A DNA stretch of 64,000 nt from Rebecca billardiae RCC1528 (Eukaryota > Protista > Haptophyta). Shown here piece after piece: positions 34,119 through 46,250 of this stretch; position 1 is the first letter of the stretch; each line of letters opens with the position of its first letter. The notes under the pieces were generated by a model. It was not told where the DNA came from. It ran no database searches and saw only the letters and a program-made list of their open reading frames with translations. A program made the translations under genes and the position numbers. The stretch lies in the NCBI GenBank assembly GCA_965240325.2, contig OZ251240.1, positions 434,001-498,000 of the forward strand. Direction: 5' to 3'.

Positions 34119-36626
34119 CCGATACAGCGTATCCGGCTCTTGGAAAAGGCGTAACGTCCGTATTTCATACGCAGGCCCCTGAGGGAGGGACCTGCGCAGG
34201 TTCCTGATACGGAAGGTCCCTAGTGTGACAGATTGTCGTCTGTCAGTGTCTGAGTGCACGACGCGGTCTGAGCGCGCGCGCGCGCGGCGCGCCGCGCGCG
34301 CAGCGCGCGCCGACGCAGTGTCTGGTGAGCTGAGTTGCGTTGCTGGTGGAGCGGCGCGCCGCGCGCGCCGCAGGCGCGCGCGGCGCGCAGAGCCGCGCGC
34401 TACACGCCAAAAAGACGCGCAAGGCCCTTACGATGCAAATGCTTCAATCCGCACCTCGATCCGAGTTGATGGTGAAGAGTTATGGCTGTTTTCGTGCGCG
34501 CTGGCCCGCAGGGGCGGCGGGCGCGGGGCTGCGTGATGTAGACCTCGATGCCGACATTGGCGCAAGCGACAAGCGCAGGGTGCTCACTGCGCAGGCGTGA
34601 GCACGGGGCAGGGGGATGTCAGCACACGCGCGCCGGCGCCGTGTTGGGCGGCGGGCGCGCCGCGCGCGTGCCACCGTGCACCTTCGAGATGTCAGCGGGC
34701 AGCTTGGACCCTCCGCGCCCGTGCTTCTGCACGACCTTGCTCTGCTCGGCGCGGTTCCGCGTGGCCGCGGAGGTGTGCGTGAAGTGCCACGCCCTGCCCT
34801 TGAAGTGGATCGACAGCGCGCGATCGAGGAAGGGGATGCACTCGGCGAGGTGCGGCTTGGGCGCGCGTTCCAGCAGACCACTGCTTCCTCGACGCCCGCC
34901 TTGAACGAGAGGTGGCGCCCCGGCGTCGCGCAGCGGTCCCACACGCCTCCCATGCCCTCGACGACCGCCTCAGACGCGCCCTTGAGCGCGCAGTGCTGGA
35001 AGAGGTAGAGGTAGCTGAGGCAGCACTCGTAGAACTTGGGAAGAGAGAAGACGTCCTGCGCGAGCACGGCCGAGCTGGTCGCCCCGAGCCACCGCGCGCG
35101 GTGCAGCTCACTCGCGTCGATCAGCAAGCGGCAGAGCGCGTTGAACTCGCCGACGACCACCTCGTCTCGCGGCAGCGTGATGCCGTGCCACCGGGAAGCA
35201 GAGTCGGGCGCGCCGACAAAGTCGGCGACGGTGCGCGCGCCGCGCGCGGAGCCGGAGGGCGTTCCGGCAGACGGGCGCGCCCAGCCGGCGAGGGTGCGCA
35301 GATGTCCAGCAGCATGAGCGCGGTACTGCTCGCCCTCGACGCTCAAGCTGGCCATCTTGCGCAGGTCGAGGCAGCCCGCCATCGCAGCGAGCAGATGCTC
35401 GGCGCTGCCCTGCTGCCGAAACCTGCGCAGCTCGTAGTTGTCGGCGATGCGCTTCGCCATCTCGGCGACGCCGTTCAGCGCGAACTTGATCGCGCGCCGC
35501 GCCTCCTCCGCTTTGGGCTTCGACTCGATCATCGGGAACTCGCGGCGGAAAGCTGCGCCGAGCCGCAGCTCCGAGGGCAGCGTCAGCGAGATCGCCTTGT
35601 GCTCGCGAATCAGCTGCGGCGTGCAGTTCTCGAGGTCGGCCATGTTGGCGCGCAGGAACTCGAGAGCGGGCACGCCAAGCTGCTGCGAGCCGGCCGGCGC
35701 GGGCATCACGCGCGACACGTCGCCTCGGCGCAGGTCGCCAGCGAGTTGACGCCTTGACGGAGGAGCTCGATAAAGGCGCGAGGGGCAGCATCGCACTCCC
35801 GCAGCAGTGAGTTCACCTCTTGCTCAGGGAGGGACGCGTCGACGGCTCATCTGCTCGCTGGTGCGCGCCATCTGCATGAGCAGCGACCCGTGGCTCGAGG
35901 GCGGCAGCAGTGCGTGTGACGCGTCATCACCGTTGCCGTCGCTGTCTGCTTGAGTCAAATCTAGTGCGTCGGCAGCAGCGCAGTCGTCGGCCGCGCTCGC
36001 CCGCGGCCCTGGCGGCGTCCAGCTGGGCTGTCTCGCCCGCGGCTCTGGCGGCGTCCAGCTGGCGGACTGGACGTCGCCGGATTCGTCGATGCGCCGGCGC
36101 CTCGGGTCCGCGCGCGCTGCGTCCGCAGCACCTGCATCGTCATCGTCAGAGTCCGCGTCCTCGATGGGGTCGGACGCGAGCTCAACCGCGCCGCGCTTGA
36201 AGCCGTGAAACGCAGCGAAAGCTTGCTGCTGCCTCGAGAGTAGCGCCTCGTAGGCTGCGCACAACCGCCTGTGCTTCGCCAGGTTCTTCCCGAACCCGAG
36301 CGCGGCCGGCCGCGGAAGTTCTGAAGTACCGTGTACGGTCCGTTGGTTCAGTAAGTAGTGTCTGACGACGTACGACTGTCTGTCAATCTGTTATCTATCA
36401 TTATCGATTGTCAATGTAGATCTCAATTAAGGCACAACCGCACAAGAGTTGAGAGTGTGTGACTTGTACGCTGCGAGTCTGCGACCGTGCGACACAGTTA
36501 CGGCATTACGCGCAACCCGTTGGCCGTTACGCCCGTTAGGCCGTTACGCTGGCAGGTCCCCTGAGGCTGAGCGCCCACAGTGTACGCAGGTCCCTCAGCA
36601 GATTCCAAGAGCCGGCAGCGTATCGG
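34119..36626 (-). mobile_element. Degenerate DNA transposon (hAT-like) with frameshifted transposase remnant
   Basis: Inverted terminal motifs ccgatac..ccggctcttggaa (34119-34145) and ttccaagagccgg..gtatcgg (36603-36626), plus shared gagggacctgcg subterminal motifs. Coding remnant ASEAVVEGMGGVW..R..WNA continues after a frameshift as PKPH..ALSIHF..WHF..SKV. Confidence 0.6.
34619..36264 (-). pseudogene. Transposase-like pseudogene (deleted/frameshifted)
   Basis: ORFs 35824..36264, 34480..35796 and 34619..34942 look like pieces of one reading frame, with a frameshift near 34865. Confidence 0.5.
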
Positions 36627-37345
36627 ATATGGTGCCTGGCAGTGCCCATCAGTCATCACGGTCTCGGACTCGGTGCAGTGACGAGTGAAAACATCGTAGT
36701 CAGTATACTGCTAGCTAGCTGCTATCTTCGAAAAGCTAGTATGTCGCGTAACAGTAGTCGTCATGTACGCTGACGGTACTACTAGAGTACTACCGTAACT
36801 ACGGACTACTCTACGTACTGCTCGGCTGACGACCGCGTCCGCGGGTCTAAGCCTAATATAGCGGCTCACAGTCATCAGCACTGCTCTGAAGTCGGAGCGA
36901 TGTGCACAGCGATTCATCATCGGCACTTTGCAGCGCGGCAGCGCCCGGGGGGCCCGCCGGAGCAGGCTTGACCTGCGCCAGTCCGGGCCGTCATGCATCG
37001 CTATCGGCGACACATCGTCAGACCTGTCCGGGATACTCGCACTATGATACTCGGATCCGGGCTGAGCCTGATGAGTCGTCATTGATTATTGAATCACTCC
37101 AAATATCGTCGATCATCAATATGATCGATCATCAGTCTGAGTCCTACACTCGGTACACTTGCCCGCCACTATATACTGATCAGTGATCTGTCGCGCCCCC
37201 GGCTCGGGCCGGCTCACGTGCCCATGCATGATACCGCGCATGGCATCAAGTGTCGCGGGCGTGCTAGACCGCAGGCAGTGCGGGGCACCGCGCCGCGCAA
37301 GCTGGCGCCCGGGCCAGCTCGTCGACACCGCGCGCTCCGGGCGCC

Positions 37346-38350
37346 CTACGCGCTGCTGCCCTCGCGCGGCGCCTCCGCGCTCGCCGCGACCATCGCGCGG
37401 CGCGATGCGATCACGCCCATCGCGCCGAGGATCATCCCGGCCGCAAAGAGGGAGGACGCGACCAGCAGCGCCGTCTGCCGCCAGGTGCGCGCGCGCGGCT
37501 CGGCGGCGTTGGCATCGCCGCCCGGCGCGTCCGACTCCACCGTCGCCGCCGCCTGCACAGACTTGCCCGCCGCGTCGCGCCCGGCGGCGTGGAACTGCTC
37601 GGAGAGCATCGCCGCGCACCGGCCGTGCACGATCCGAATCGTCGACACGGTCGCCGACAGCTTCTCGCCGTAGTAGTTGGTCACCTGGCGCGAGTGCCCG
37701 TCGAGGACGAGGACGAGCTCGTCCGAGGCTCGGCGCACCGTCCAGCCCCGCGCGTCAAGCGCGGCGACCACCACCTCGCAGTTGGACAGCTCGAGCTCGA
37801 GGCCCGGCAGGTGGCCGAACACGCCGTGGTGCGAGACGAGCGCGATGTGCGTCTCCGGCCGCGCGAGCAGCCACGCGCCCAGCCGCGCGAGCCGCTCGCG
37901 CAGCGCGGCGCACCCCTCGGGCTGCATCGTGAAGCGCGCCACGTCGAACGGCGCGGGCTTCTCGTACCACTTGGGCGAGCACAGCGAGAGCTCGAACGTG
38001 GCGGCAAAGCCCCGGCGCTCGAGCTCGGCACGCTCAGAGCCCGTGTCCGACGGGTGCGCGCCCGTCTCCTGCGCGTCGGGGTGCGCGATGAATTTGGGCG
38101 GCGGGCCAGACCTTCCGAGGAACCCGATCTCCGCGGTCTCCAGGCAGCGTGTCAGCGGCGACGCGACGACGAGCTCGACCTCGGCGCCGGCGAGCAGCGG
38201 CGAGACATCGAGCAGCCGCGCCTGCCGCCGGCCGAGCTCGGTGAGCCGGGGGTCGCGGAGGGTCAGGTCGCCCGAGACGTTGTGCTCCGCCTGCCCGTGC
38301 CGCACGAGATAGATCACCTTCTTGTGCCCGTCGCTCGGCGGCGCCGACAT
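37346..38350 (-). CDS. Histidine phosphatase / phosphoglycerate-mutase-like protein with C-terminal TM segment
   Basis: VIYLVRHGQAEHN (RHG motif), VVASPLTRCLET, QETG..SDTGS and ALVSHHG. Hydrophobic tail ALLVASSLFAAGMILGAMGVIA. Confidence 0.9.
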   Translation of the reverse strand: MSAPPSDGHKKVIYLVRHGQAEHNVSGDLTLRDPRLTELGRRQARLLDVSPLLAGAEVELVVASPLTRCLETAEIGFLGRSGPPPKFIAHPDAQETGAHPSDTGSERAELERRGFAATFELSLCSPKWYEKPAPFDVARFTMQPEGCAALRERLARLGAWLLARPETHIALVSHHGVFGHLPGLELELSNCEVVVAALDARGWTVRRASDELVLVLDGHSRQVTNYYGEKLSATVSTIRIVHGRCAAMLSEQFHAAGRDAAGKSVQAAATVESDAPGGDANAAEPRARTWRQTALLVASSLFAAGMILGAMGVIASRRAMVAASAEAPREGSSA

Positions 38351-38492
38351 TCTACTTTGGGTTAGTTGCCGCGCGGCCCCTGCCCCCTCGAGGTCTACAG
38401 CCCCGACCTTCGTCAGTTCCTCGAACCAGTGCAAATGAACCTTGGTTCGCCCGTGTAGGAGCTCCAAAGTAAAATACCCGCCGCGGTTGCAC

Positions 38493-39103
38493 GTATGGAG
38501 CGCTCGTTGGAACTTGGCGGGGCTTGGAACTTGACACCGCATTTCCCAGCGAAGTGCCCCATCTCGGCGGGGCTGGCACGGTCGGCACACGCTCCTGAGC
38601 GCTCGCTTTGCGGTGCGGCAGGCCTTGGGCAGCCCAGACAGACATGCCGCGACCGAATTACCGGGCCATGCGCGCACCACACCCGCGCTACATGGCCTAC
38701 GCGCTGGACGACTGAGAGGCAACGCCGAACCACTGCATTCCACTGCCCGGCATGCACCCCGAGTCACCTTCAGAGGGCGTCGACGAGCGCAGAGCGGGTG
38801 CGTGGGAGTTCGACCAACTCGTGTACCTTCTTGCAAGCACCAGCGGCGAGGTCGCAAGCCGAACCTTGACCAGCCGTGGAACTTGAGCTGGTCGGCAGCA
38901 AAACCACCGTTCAACCCGGATCAAGTTAGCAGCGTGCGAGGAGGAGGCGCGGTGCGCGTCCGCGGCTGGCGAGAGGCGTCCGGACCGTGCCGTTCTCGGC
39001 CGCGCCCGCGCGCTTCCCGCCGCCGCGGGCCCCGTGTACGCCCGTCGTCGCCCTCGCCGCGCGGGCGCCAAACCGGCGTCAAGTTCCAACGAGCGCTCCA
39101 TAC
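38493..39103. mobile_element. ~610-bp MITE with 24-bp TIRs; diverged relatives lie inside both foldback arms
   Basis: gtatggagcgctcgttggaacttg (38493-38516) / caagttccaacgagcgctccatac (39080-39103). Body is similar to ~22900-23500. Confidence 0.8.
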
Positions 39104-39275
39104 CCATACCGCTCCCGCCGACTAATTTTTTTCAATCAGTCGCGTCGCTGACCGCCTGAATGACCCTGAACAAAACTGTATATACGGGGATGGAATCAAA
39201 GTGGAGATTCGGAATCTTCGGAGTCAAGATCTTTTAAATAATATAATTCTTTATTTCCAGCCGACTTCCGCATCG

Positions 39276-40193
39276 ATGAAGCTCGTCAACGCGCTGCTGC
39301 TCCTGCTCCTCACCGTCCAGCGCGATGCAGCCGCCCAAACATGCAAGTTGCAGTATGGCATGTGGCCCAAAGCCGAATACGCCAAGTGCATGGACGACCC
39401 ATCGCGCTGCACGCAACGGACTTCCTTTCACAGGACATACCCGTGCTACTCAGAAGCCATCCGCCCACGCGAGACGCTGCATGTCATGCGCGTGCCGAAA
39501 ACAGGCTCGACCACGCTTGTGGGCCTGATCAGCCAGATTGGTTCGGCTGACATCGTCATTCACGATCACGCTGACGGCTGCGCGCACCCTGAGTGGTGCT
39601 TAGGTGCGCGACTGGGTGGGGTGCACACGCTAGCAGTGCTGCGCGAGCCTTGCGAGCGAGCATACTCCTTGTGGAAATACCTGATCCGAACCGGTCAGTG
39701 GCCAGTGGTGACAATGGACGAATTTGCGCAGAATATGAGCGACTTCCTGCGCCACGGCACCTTCGAGGCGTGCGTCGGTTCGCGTGCATCGCACGTGCTC
39801 CCGGCCAAATGGCGCAGCAATCGGGCCAAGTACGACTCTCAACACTTGTGCAGCAAGATTCTGCGCGTGCACTTCTTTCCGCAGGCGCACTGGTTCAGCT
39901 CGAACAGCACTGTCGTCTGCTTTCACTCCACCATGCTGTGCAAGCGGCTGCGCGCGGGCTTCGCAGCAGCCATGGCTTCAGCGCGCGTGCAGGTCGACCA
40001 AGAACGCCTGGCGAGCATCAGCTGCCCAAAAACAAACGTAGTGCCCGCATGGGACAAGCGATCCGCGGAAGAGGATGCGCCTGGCAAGCACCCAGACTGG
40101 TGCAAAGTGATACGCAGCGCATACGGAGAGGACGTGCTCGAGTGGCAGCGTCGGTGCGACTCTCGTGGGGCCCGTGAATTATTATTTATTTGA
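39276..40193 (+). CDS. Secreted/Golgi carbohydrate sulfotransferase (Sulfotransfer_2-like)
   Basis: Signal MKLVNALLLLLLTV. 5'-PSB RVPKTGSTT, 3'-PB VLREPCERAYSLW, and HFFPQ. Confidence 0.8.
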   Translation: MKLVNALLLLLLTVQRDAAAQTCKLQYGMWPKAEYAKCMDDPSRCTQRTSFHRTYPCYSEAIRPRETLHVMRVPKTGSTTLVGLISQIGSADIVIHDHADGCAHPEWCLGARLGGVHTLAVLREPCERAYSLWKYLIRTGQWPVVTMDEFAQNMSDFLRHGTFEACVGSRASHVLPAKWRSNRAKYDSQHLCSKILRVHFFPQAHWFSSNSTVVCFHSTMLCKRLRAGFAAAMASARVQVDQERLASISCPKTNVVPAWDKRSAEEDAPGKHPDWCKVIRSAYGEDVLEWQRRCDSRGARELLFI

Positions 40194-40924
40194 ACAATCT
40201 GCCTCGGTCGTCCGGATGGCGCGCGGTATTATTTCTATTTTTTCGGCCGGTACGGACTACGGTGCGGACTGCCGCCCGAGTCACTGCGGGACTCGCGCTC
40301 TGCCGCCGCGCCCGCTGCGGCCCGTGGCCGCGGGCCGCGGTTACAGACGGTACAACTAGTACCGGCGGCGGGTGGCCGCGGGCGCGGGCGGATACCGCGC
40401 CTCACGGCGCCCGCGGCCGCGGGACGTGCGGGCCGGTAGGCCGCCGGCGGCGGTCCGCGTGCATCACTGCATCAGCCATCACTCATCATCATCAGCTGTA
40501 GTTGAATCATTTATTAATTTATTTATATATATAATCATCAATTTATTATATTGTCTTGATAAATATATTATAATGATTCACAGTCCTTATCCGGGGTCGT
40601 CAGGCTCCGAGGCACGGTCACTGTCACGGCCGCTCGCAGGCTCACACGCGCGCTAGCGTGGCCCGCGCGCAACACCCGGCAACACCGCTGCGCCGTGGGA
40701 GGCGCCGGCCCGCGCCGGTTGATAATCATTGGAGAAAACGTGCTGCTCCTTCAAGCCCATGGCCATGACGCGCGACTTGGTGCTCGTCAGGCCGCCCGCT
40801 CGGAAGCGCCACGCGCCTCCCTGGCCTGACCTGCGCGTGCCTCGCAGCTCACTGCTGATCCTAGACGAGCCGTCCTCCGCGGCCCGCGCGCGTGCTCGCC
40901 GTGCGCGCAGCATTCGTGCGCACA

Positions 40925-42129
40925 TCACTGCAGCTTGATCTCGTGCAGGATCCCGTGCGTGTCGGGGGCGTCGCCCACCTGCAGCGCGCACACGTGCTCG
41001 TACAGCCGCTCGATCGTGGCGAAGCCGTCGAAGGAGACCACCTCGTTCCCGTAGGTGATCGAGCGCATCGGCGTGAGCACCACCGCGGTGCCGCACGCCG
41101 CCACCTCCTTGAGGTCGCGCACCTCCGTCCACGGCACCGGCCGCTCCTCGACGGCGATCCCCATGTCACGCGCCGCCTGCAGCACGACCTGCTTGGTGCA
41201 GGAGGGCAGCACGGAGGGCGAGCTGGGCGCGACGAGCGTGCCGTCCGCTGTCACGCCGAGGAAGTTGGACGTGGAGAACTCCTGCGCCCACCCGCGAACA
41301 CAAGCCAGCGGCGGCGCGCGCGCGCGCGCGCGGGCGTGAGCGCGGGACGCAGAGCGGCGCGCCCACGGCGGCGCGGCGCGGCGCGGCGCGGTGGCCGCGG
41401 CCGCACCTCGATGAAGGTGCGCGTCTGCGGGTCGAGGTAGAGGCAGACGGAGAAGCCGCGCTCCTTCGCCAGCTTCGACGGCAGCACGTCTGGCGCGTAG
41501 TTCCCCGCGCACTTCACGTGCCCCACGCCGAGCGGCGCGGCGCGGTCGTAGTCGCTCACGACGAGCGCGTCCACGCCCTCGAGCCCGCCCTTGTAGTACG
41601 CGCCCACGGGGCAGACGGCGAAGATGAGCGCGAACTCGGGGGCGGCGCCGAGGCCGAGCTGCGCGCCGTGGCCGAAGATGAGCGGGCGCACGTACAGCGA
41701 GCCGCCCGTGCCGCACGGCGGCACGAAATCGGCGTTTTTGCGCACGGCGGTCTCGATGCCCTCAAAGAAGAGCTCGCGCGGCACGTCGGGCATCAGGAGC
41801 CTCTTGCAGCTGTTCTGCAACCGCGTGTGGTTCGCGGCGGGGTTGAAGGCGCACACGGCGCCGCTCCGAGTCTGCAGCACCTTGAGCCCCTCGAACACCG
41901 CCTGGCCGTAGTTGAGCGCGTTCGAGAGCGCGTGGATCTTGATGTAGCCGTCGTCGGAGAAGGTCGGCCCCTGCCACGCGCCGTCCTTGTGGTTGTAGCA
42001 CACGTAGGTGTTCACGTCGCGAGCCGTGAAGCCGAGGTTCGACCAGTCCAGGTTCGCGCTGCCCGGCGCGCGCGTGCTGAGTGCGCGCGCGTGTGGCTGG
42101 AGCGCTAGCCGCCGCGCCGCCGAGAGCAT
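40925..42129 (-). CDS. BCAT: Branched-chain amino acid aminotransferase (class IV PLP), likely mitochondrial; exons 42129-41407 and 41281-40925
   Basis: LDWSNLGF, LNYGQAVFEGLK, GSLYVRP, KCAGNY, E|EFSTSNF and ACGTAVVLTP. Phase-0 GT..AG intron 41406-41282. Arg/Ser-rich transit-like N-terminus. Confidence 0.95.
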
Positions 42130-42689
42130 GGCCGAGCCGTGGAGGTCCCCGTGGCACCGATTGGATGCACCCACGATGGAGGGCCACGTCCCGCTCGCCC
42201 TCCCTGGTCCCCCACACCGCCAACTTATTCGTTTCAGGCTGAGTGACTATCATAGTAGTAGTAGCAGTAGTGAGTGATGGCGGCGAAGTGAGCACGAACG
42301 TCGCATTCCCCTGACAGCGCCGTCTGGGGTTGATGGCCATGTTGAGCACTTTCAACTTGGGCGATATGCCATCATTGACCAGGTCTGGCACCATGATGCA
42401 CACCTAGCGACAGAGTAGCGTGCTGACACATTCTGCAGCCGCTGGCCGGACAGCCCGGGCCGCCGCCGCTGCCGCCCGCGCGCAGTGCAGTTAGCCTGAT
42501 TCCCGTTCCCGCGCATCGTGCTCGGCCCGACTGCTCGGCGATGATGGCTTGATGCATCGGTGCGCGAGGCCATGCCCGATCCGACGGCAAGGGGCAGCCG
42601 GTCGAGCTCTCCGCGGCTCGAGCCCCACGCGGCAGCGGTGCATCTGCACAGTGCGTGCCCGACCACCAGCCGCTTCCTCCCTCCCGCCG

Positions 42690-43751
<1,062 letters not shown>

Positions 43752-43884
43752 CTACGCTGCTGGCCTTTGATGCCGACGGACCGAGACGGTCCGCATCGCA
43801 TGGAGACTTCGAGACTCAGAGTCAGACAGGAGTCAGAAGACTGAAGAGTGGCAACGATTCGGGCTGACTACGTGAGTGAGGGGT

Positions 43885-43923
<39 letters not shown>
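43885..43923 (+). repeat. Poly-G run (39 nt)
   Basis: Uninterrupted G homopolymer. Confidence 0.9.
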
Positions 43924-43925
<2 letters not shown>

Positions 43926-44854
43926 CCGGACACTCACTACTCAGACGACTGCTGCAGGACAGCTGCTGCAGGCAGTGATGAAGCCTCGCTCTCGGCCGAC
44001 GGGAGTCCAGAGTGCTGATCCTGGCGGGCCTGGCGGTTCGTTCGGAATTGTCTGGTTCGACTGGTTCGGCGTCCCGGCGCCACCGTCCGTGTGACAGACA
44101 ATTAGTGCGGCCCGTGGTCGTGCCGCTGTCCGTCGGTGACCGATGCCTCCGCTAGCACGATTCGTGCAGCTGACCGAGTGACGATGGTCTGAACGTCCGC
44201 AGCCCACTATACGTATGTCGTATGCGCGCGTGGTCCGGACTGACAGACGTGACTAGTAGTAGTGACTGCTGAAGAGTAGTGACGGTACGACGACGCGCTG
44301 ACTGCTGATGACGAGCCTGATGATGGGCTTATTACTACTCGCGGCGTGCGAGCTCCGAGACCGGGACTGTCTATGATACAGTGATGAGTGAGCAGTAGTG
44401 ACGCCTGACGTGACAACTCACTCAGACAAGTGCGGCTGCCGAGTCGCCGCTCCGCGGGCCCGCTGGCGCTAAATTCGGACACTACGGTGCGCATGATGCG
44501 CCACGACGTTATATTAAATTGACGAGCGCGTCCGGGACTTATAAATATCAGTCGTTGCCAGGTGACTATAGTACACAAGTAGTATACGCGCGTACCTTTC
44601 GAGCCGCCGTGTCGCAGCAGCGAGCTGTGTTCGGACCATCATCAGACTATGTCTATGTCGCCCCTCATGCAATTTCATCAGGAGTCCGCGCCGCCGCCGC
44701 ACTACGAGCAGTAACAAACCGCGCGTGAAGGCCGATGATGCGGTGACCCTGTTCACACGCGGGCCCATCGGCGGCGCAGGTAGCAGCACGCGGCCCGTGC
44801 CATATCGCACCCAGGAGGAGCGCCGCCACCGCTCCAGTGCCCGCCGCCGGCCGC

Positions 44855-46040
44855 TCAGTAGCTAAAGTTGAAGCCGACTGTGAGGTGCACCACGACCGAG
44901 CCTGCCGCCAGCAGCAGCAGCACATACAGCAGCGTCTTCCACAGGTCGGCGGAGCGCGCCTTCATCTCCTCGAGCGTCTCCTCGCGAGGCTCGCCGCCGC
45001 GCTCCTCGGGCGTCGGCGGCAAGCCCGGCGCGCGCGCCTTGCTCGGGCTGGCGAACTGGCAGCGTGCGCGCGCGCAGGGCGTGCACACGCAGCAGCATGG
45101 AGGTGGCGGGCGCGGGGGGGGAGCGGTGTGCGCGTGAGCGCCTGGCAGGGCGAGCCAACGCATGTGGGCACGCGCGCGCGCGCGCGCCCGCACGTCAGTA
45201 TCGACCGCGCGATCGCAGATGCTCTCCGCCTTCCTCTCGAGCGCCTCGCACGTGCGCTCGGCGTGCCTCTCCTGGCATTTGCACTCGCCCGTGAGCCACT
45301 CGATGAACGCGGTCTGCGAGCGGCCCATCGCGAGGTAGAGGCCGAGGAGCTGCACGGGCGTGGGCGTCTGCTTCGGTGTGGCCTCACCCATCTTCGCCTT
45401 CATGCGCCGCTGCACCCTGGGGATCGACGCCTCGCCGATGCCCGGCACCACACTGCGCACGCCGGGAACGGGGCGGGTGCGCACGCTCTCGTGAGCACGG
45501 CGGCAGCGGGGCGCGCAGAGGGACAGCGCGCTGTGACGCGCACCCGGGCGTGAGCTTGGTCATGGATAGCCGCATGCGCTCAAAGTTCTCGAAGACGGTG
45601 GTCGTGCTGCCGTCCGCTTTCTTCGCCGGGCTCGTGTCGTGCTTGGCGTCCGTGCAGTAATCGTGCGACTTCGCCTCGAGCGCGAGCGCGATCTTCTCGG
45701 CGTAGCTGCGCGCGGGGCGCGGCGGCGGTGGATATAAAAAGCGGCGAATGCGCGCGCACGCCTAAGCACCGCGTTCGTGCTGCGCGCGCCGCGCGTGCAT
45801 GCCCGCGCACCGCTTCTGCACGTCCGTCGCGACGAGGAAGGAAATGAATGCGTCGTTGTTACGGTTCAGCAGCAAGTAGTAGCCCATGAGCGCGACGGCC
45901 GAGGTGATCTCGCGCTTGATGAGCTTGTCGCATGTGATCTTGCCCGCCCCTGGCAAGATGCCCGGCGCGAGGAGCTCGGACGACAGTGGCGACCTCTGGA
46001 AGGTCTCGAATACGGCCGTCGGCAGCTCGGTCTGCGCCAT
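44855..46040 (-). CDS. Tandem BAF-like (barrier-to-autointegration factor) domain protein with C-terminal TM anchor, 283 aa; exons 46040-45811, 45705-45544, 45452-45194, 45055-44855
   Basis: Three GT..AG introns give a continuous 852-nt frame. Two mutually similar domains carry (L/V)PG(A/I)G(K/E), L(M/L)GxYL and AFI(S/E)(F/W)L motifs, resembling BAF LAGIGE..VLGQFLVL..FREWL. Terminal hydrophobic helix LLYVLLLLAAGSVVVHLTVGF. Confidence 0.8.
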
Positions 46041-46250
46041 GTTTTCGCGCGGTCCCAGCTTGCGCTGTCCACGCCCACCGGCACGCACGGTCGGCCGCCG
46101 CCTCCTTGGTCAGCCACTTTCACCGGACCTGGCTGTGAAGACCACTTGGTGGATGCACACCCGGACTTCGCCGGTTCGCGGCGGTTCGCCCATGCATTCC
46201 ACTCATCACGCATTCACGCATCCAGATCTTCCCCTCGTCCTTCCAGACGC

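Noticed and set aside
38351-38914. N-terminal extension of the histidine phosphatase in the ORF track
   Set aside because: The extension lies largely in MITE sequence; ATG 38350 directly precedes the RHG domain.
43885-43923. Poly-G run as a functional G-quadruplex element
   Set aside because: Cannot be distinguished from a sequencing or assembly artefact without reads.
45777-46250. N-terminal extension of ORF 45777..47834
   Set aside because: It overlaps exon 1 of the BAF-like gene in antisense; ATG 46251 is the plausible start.
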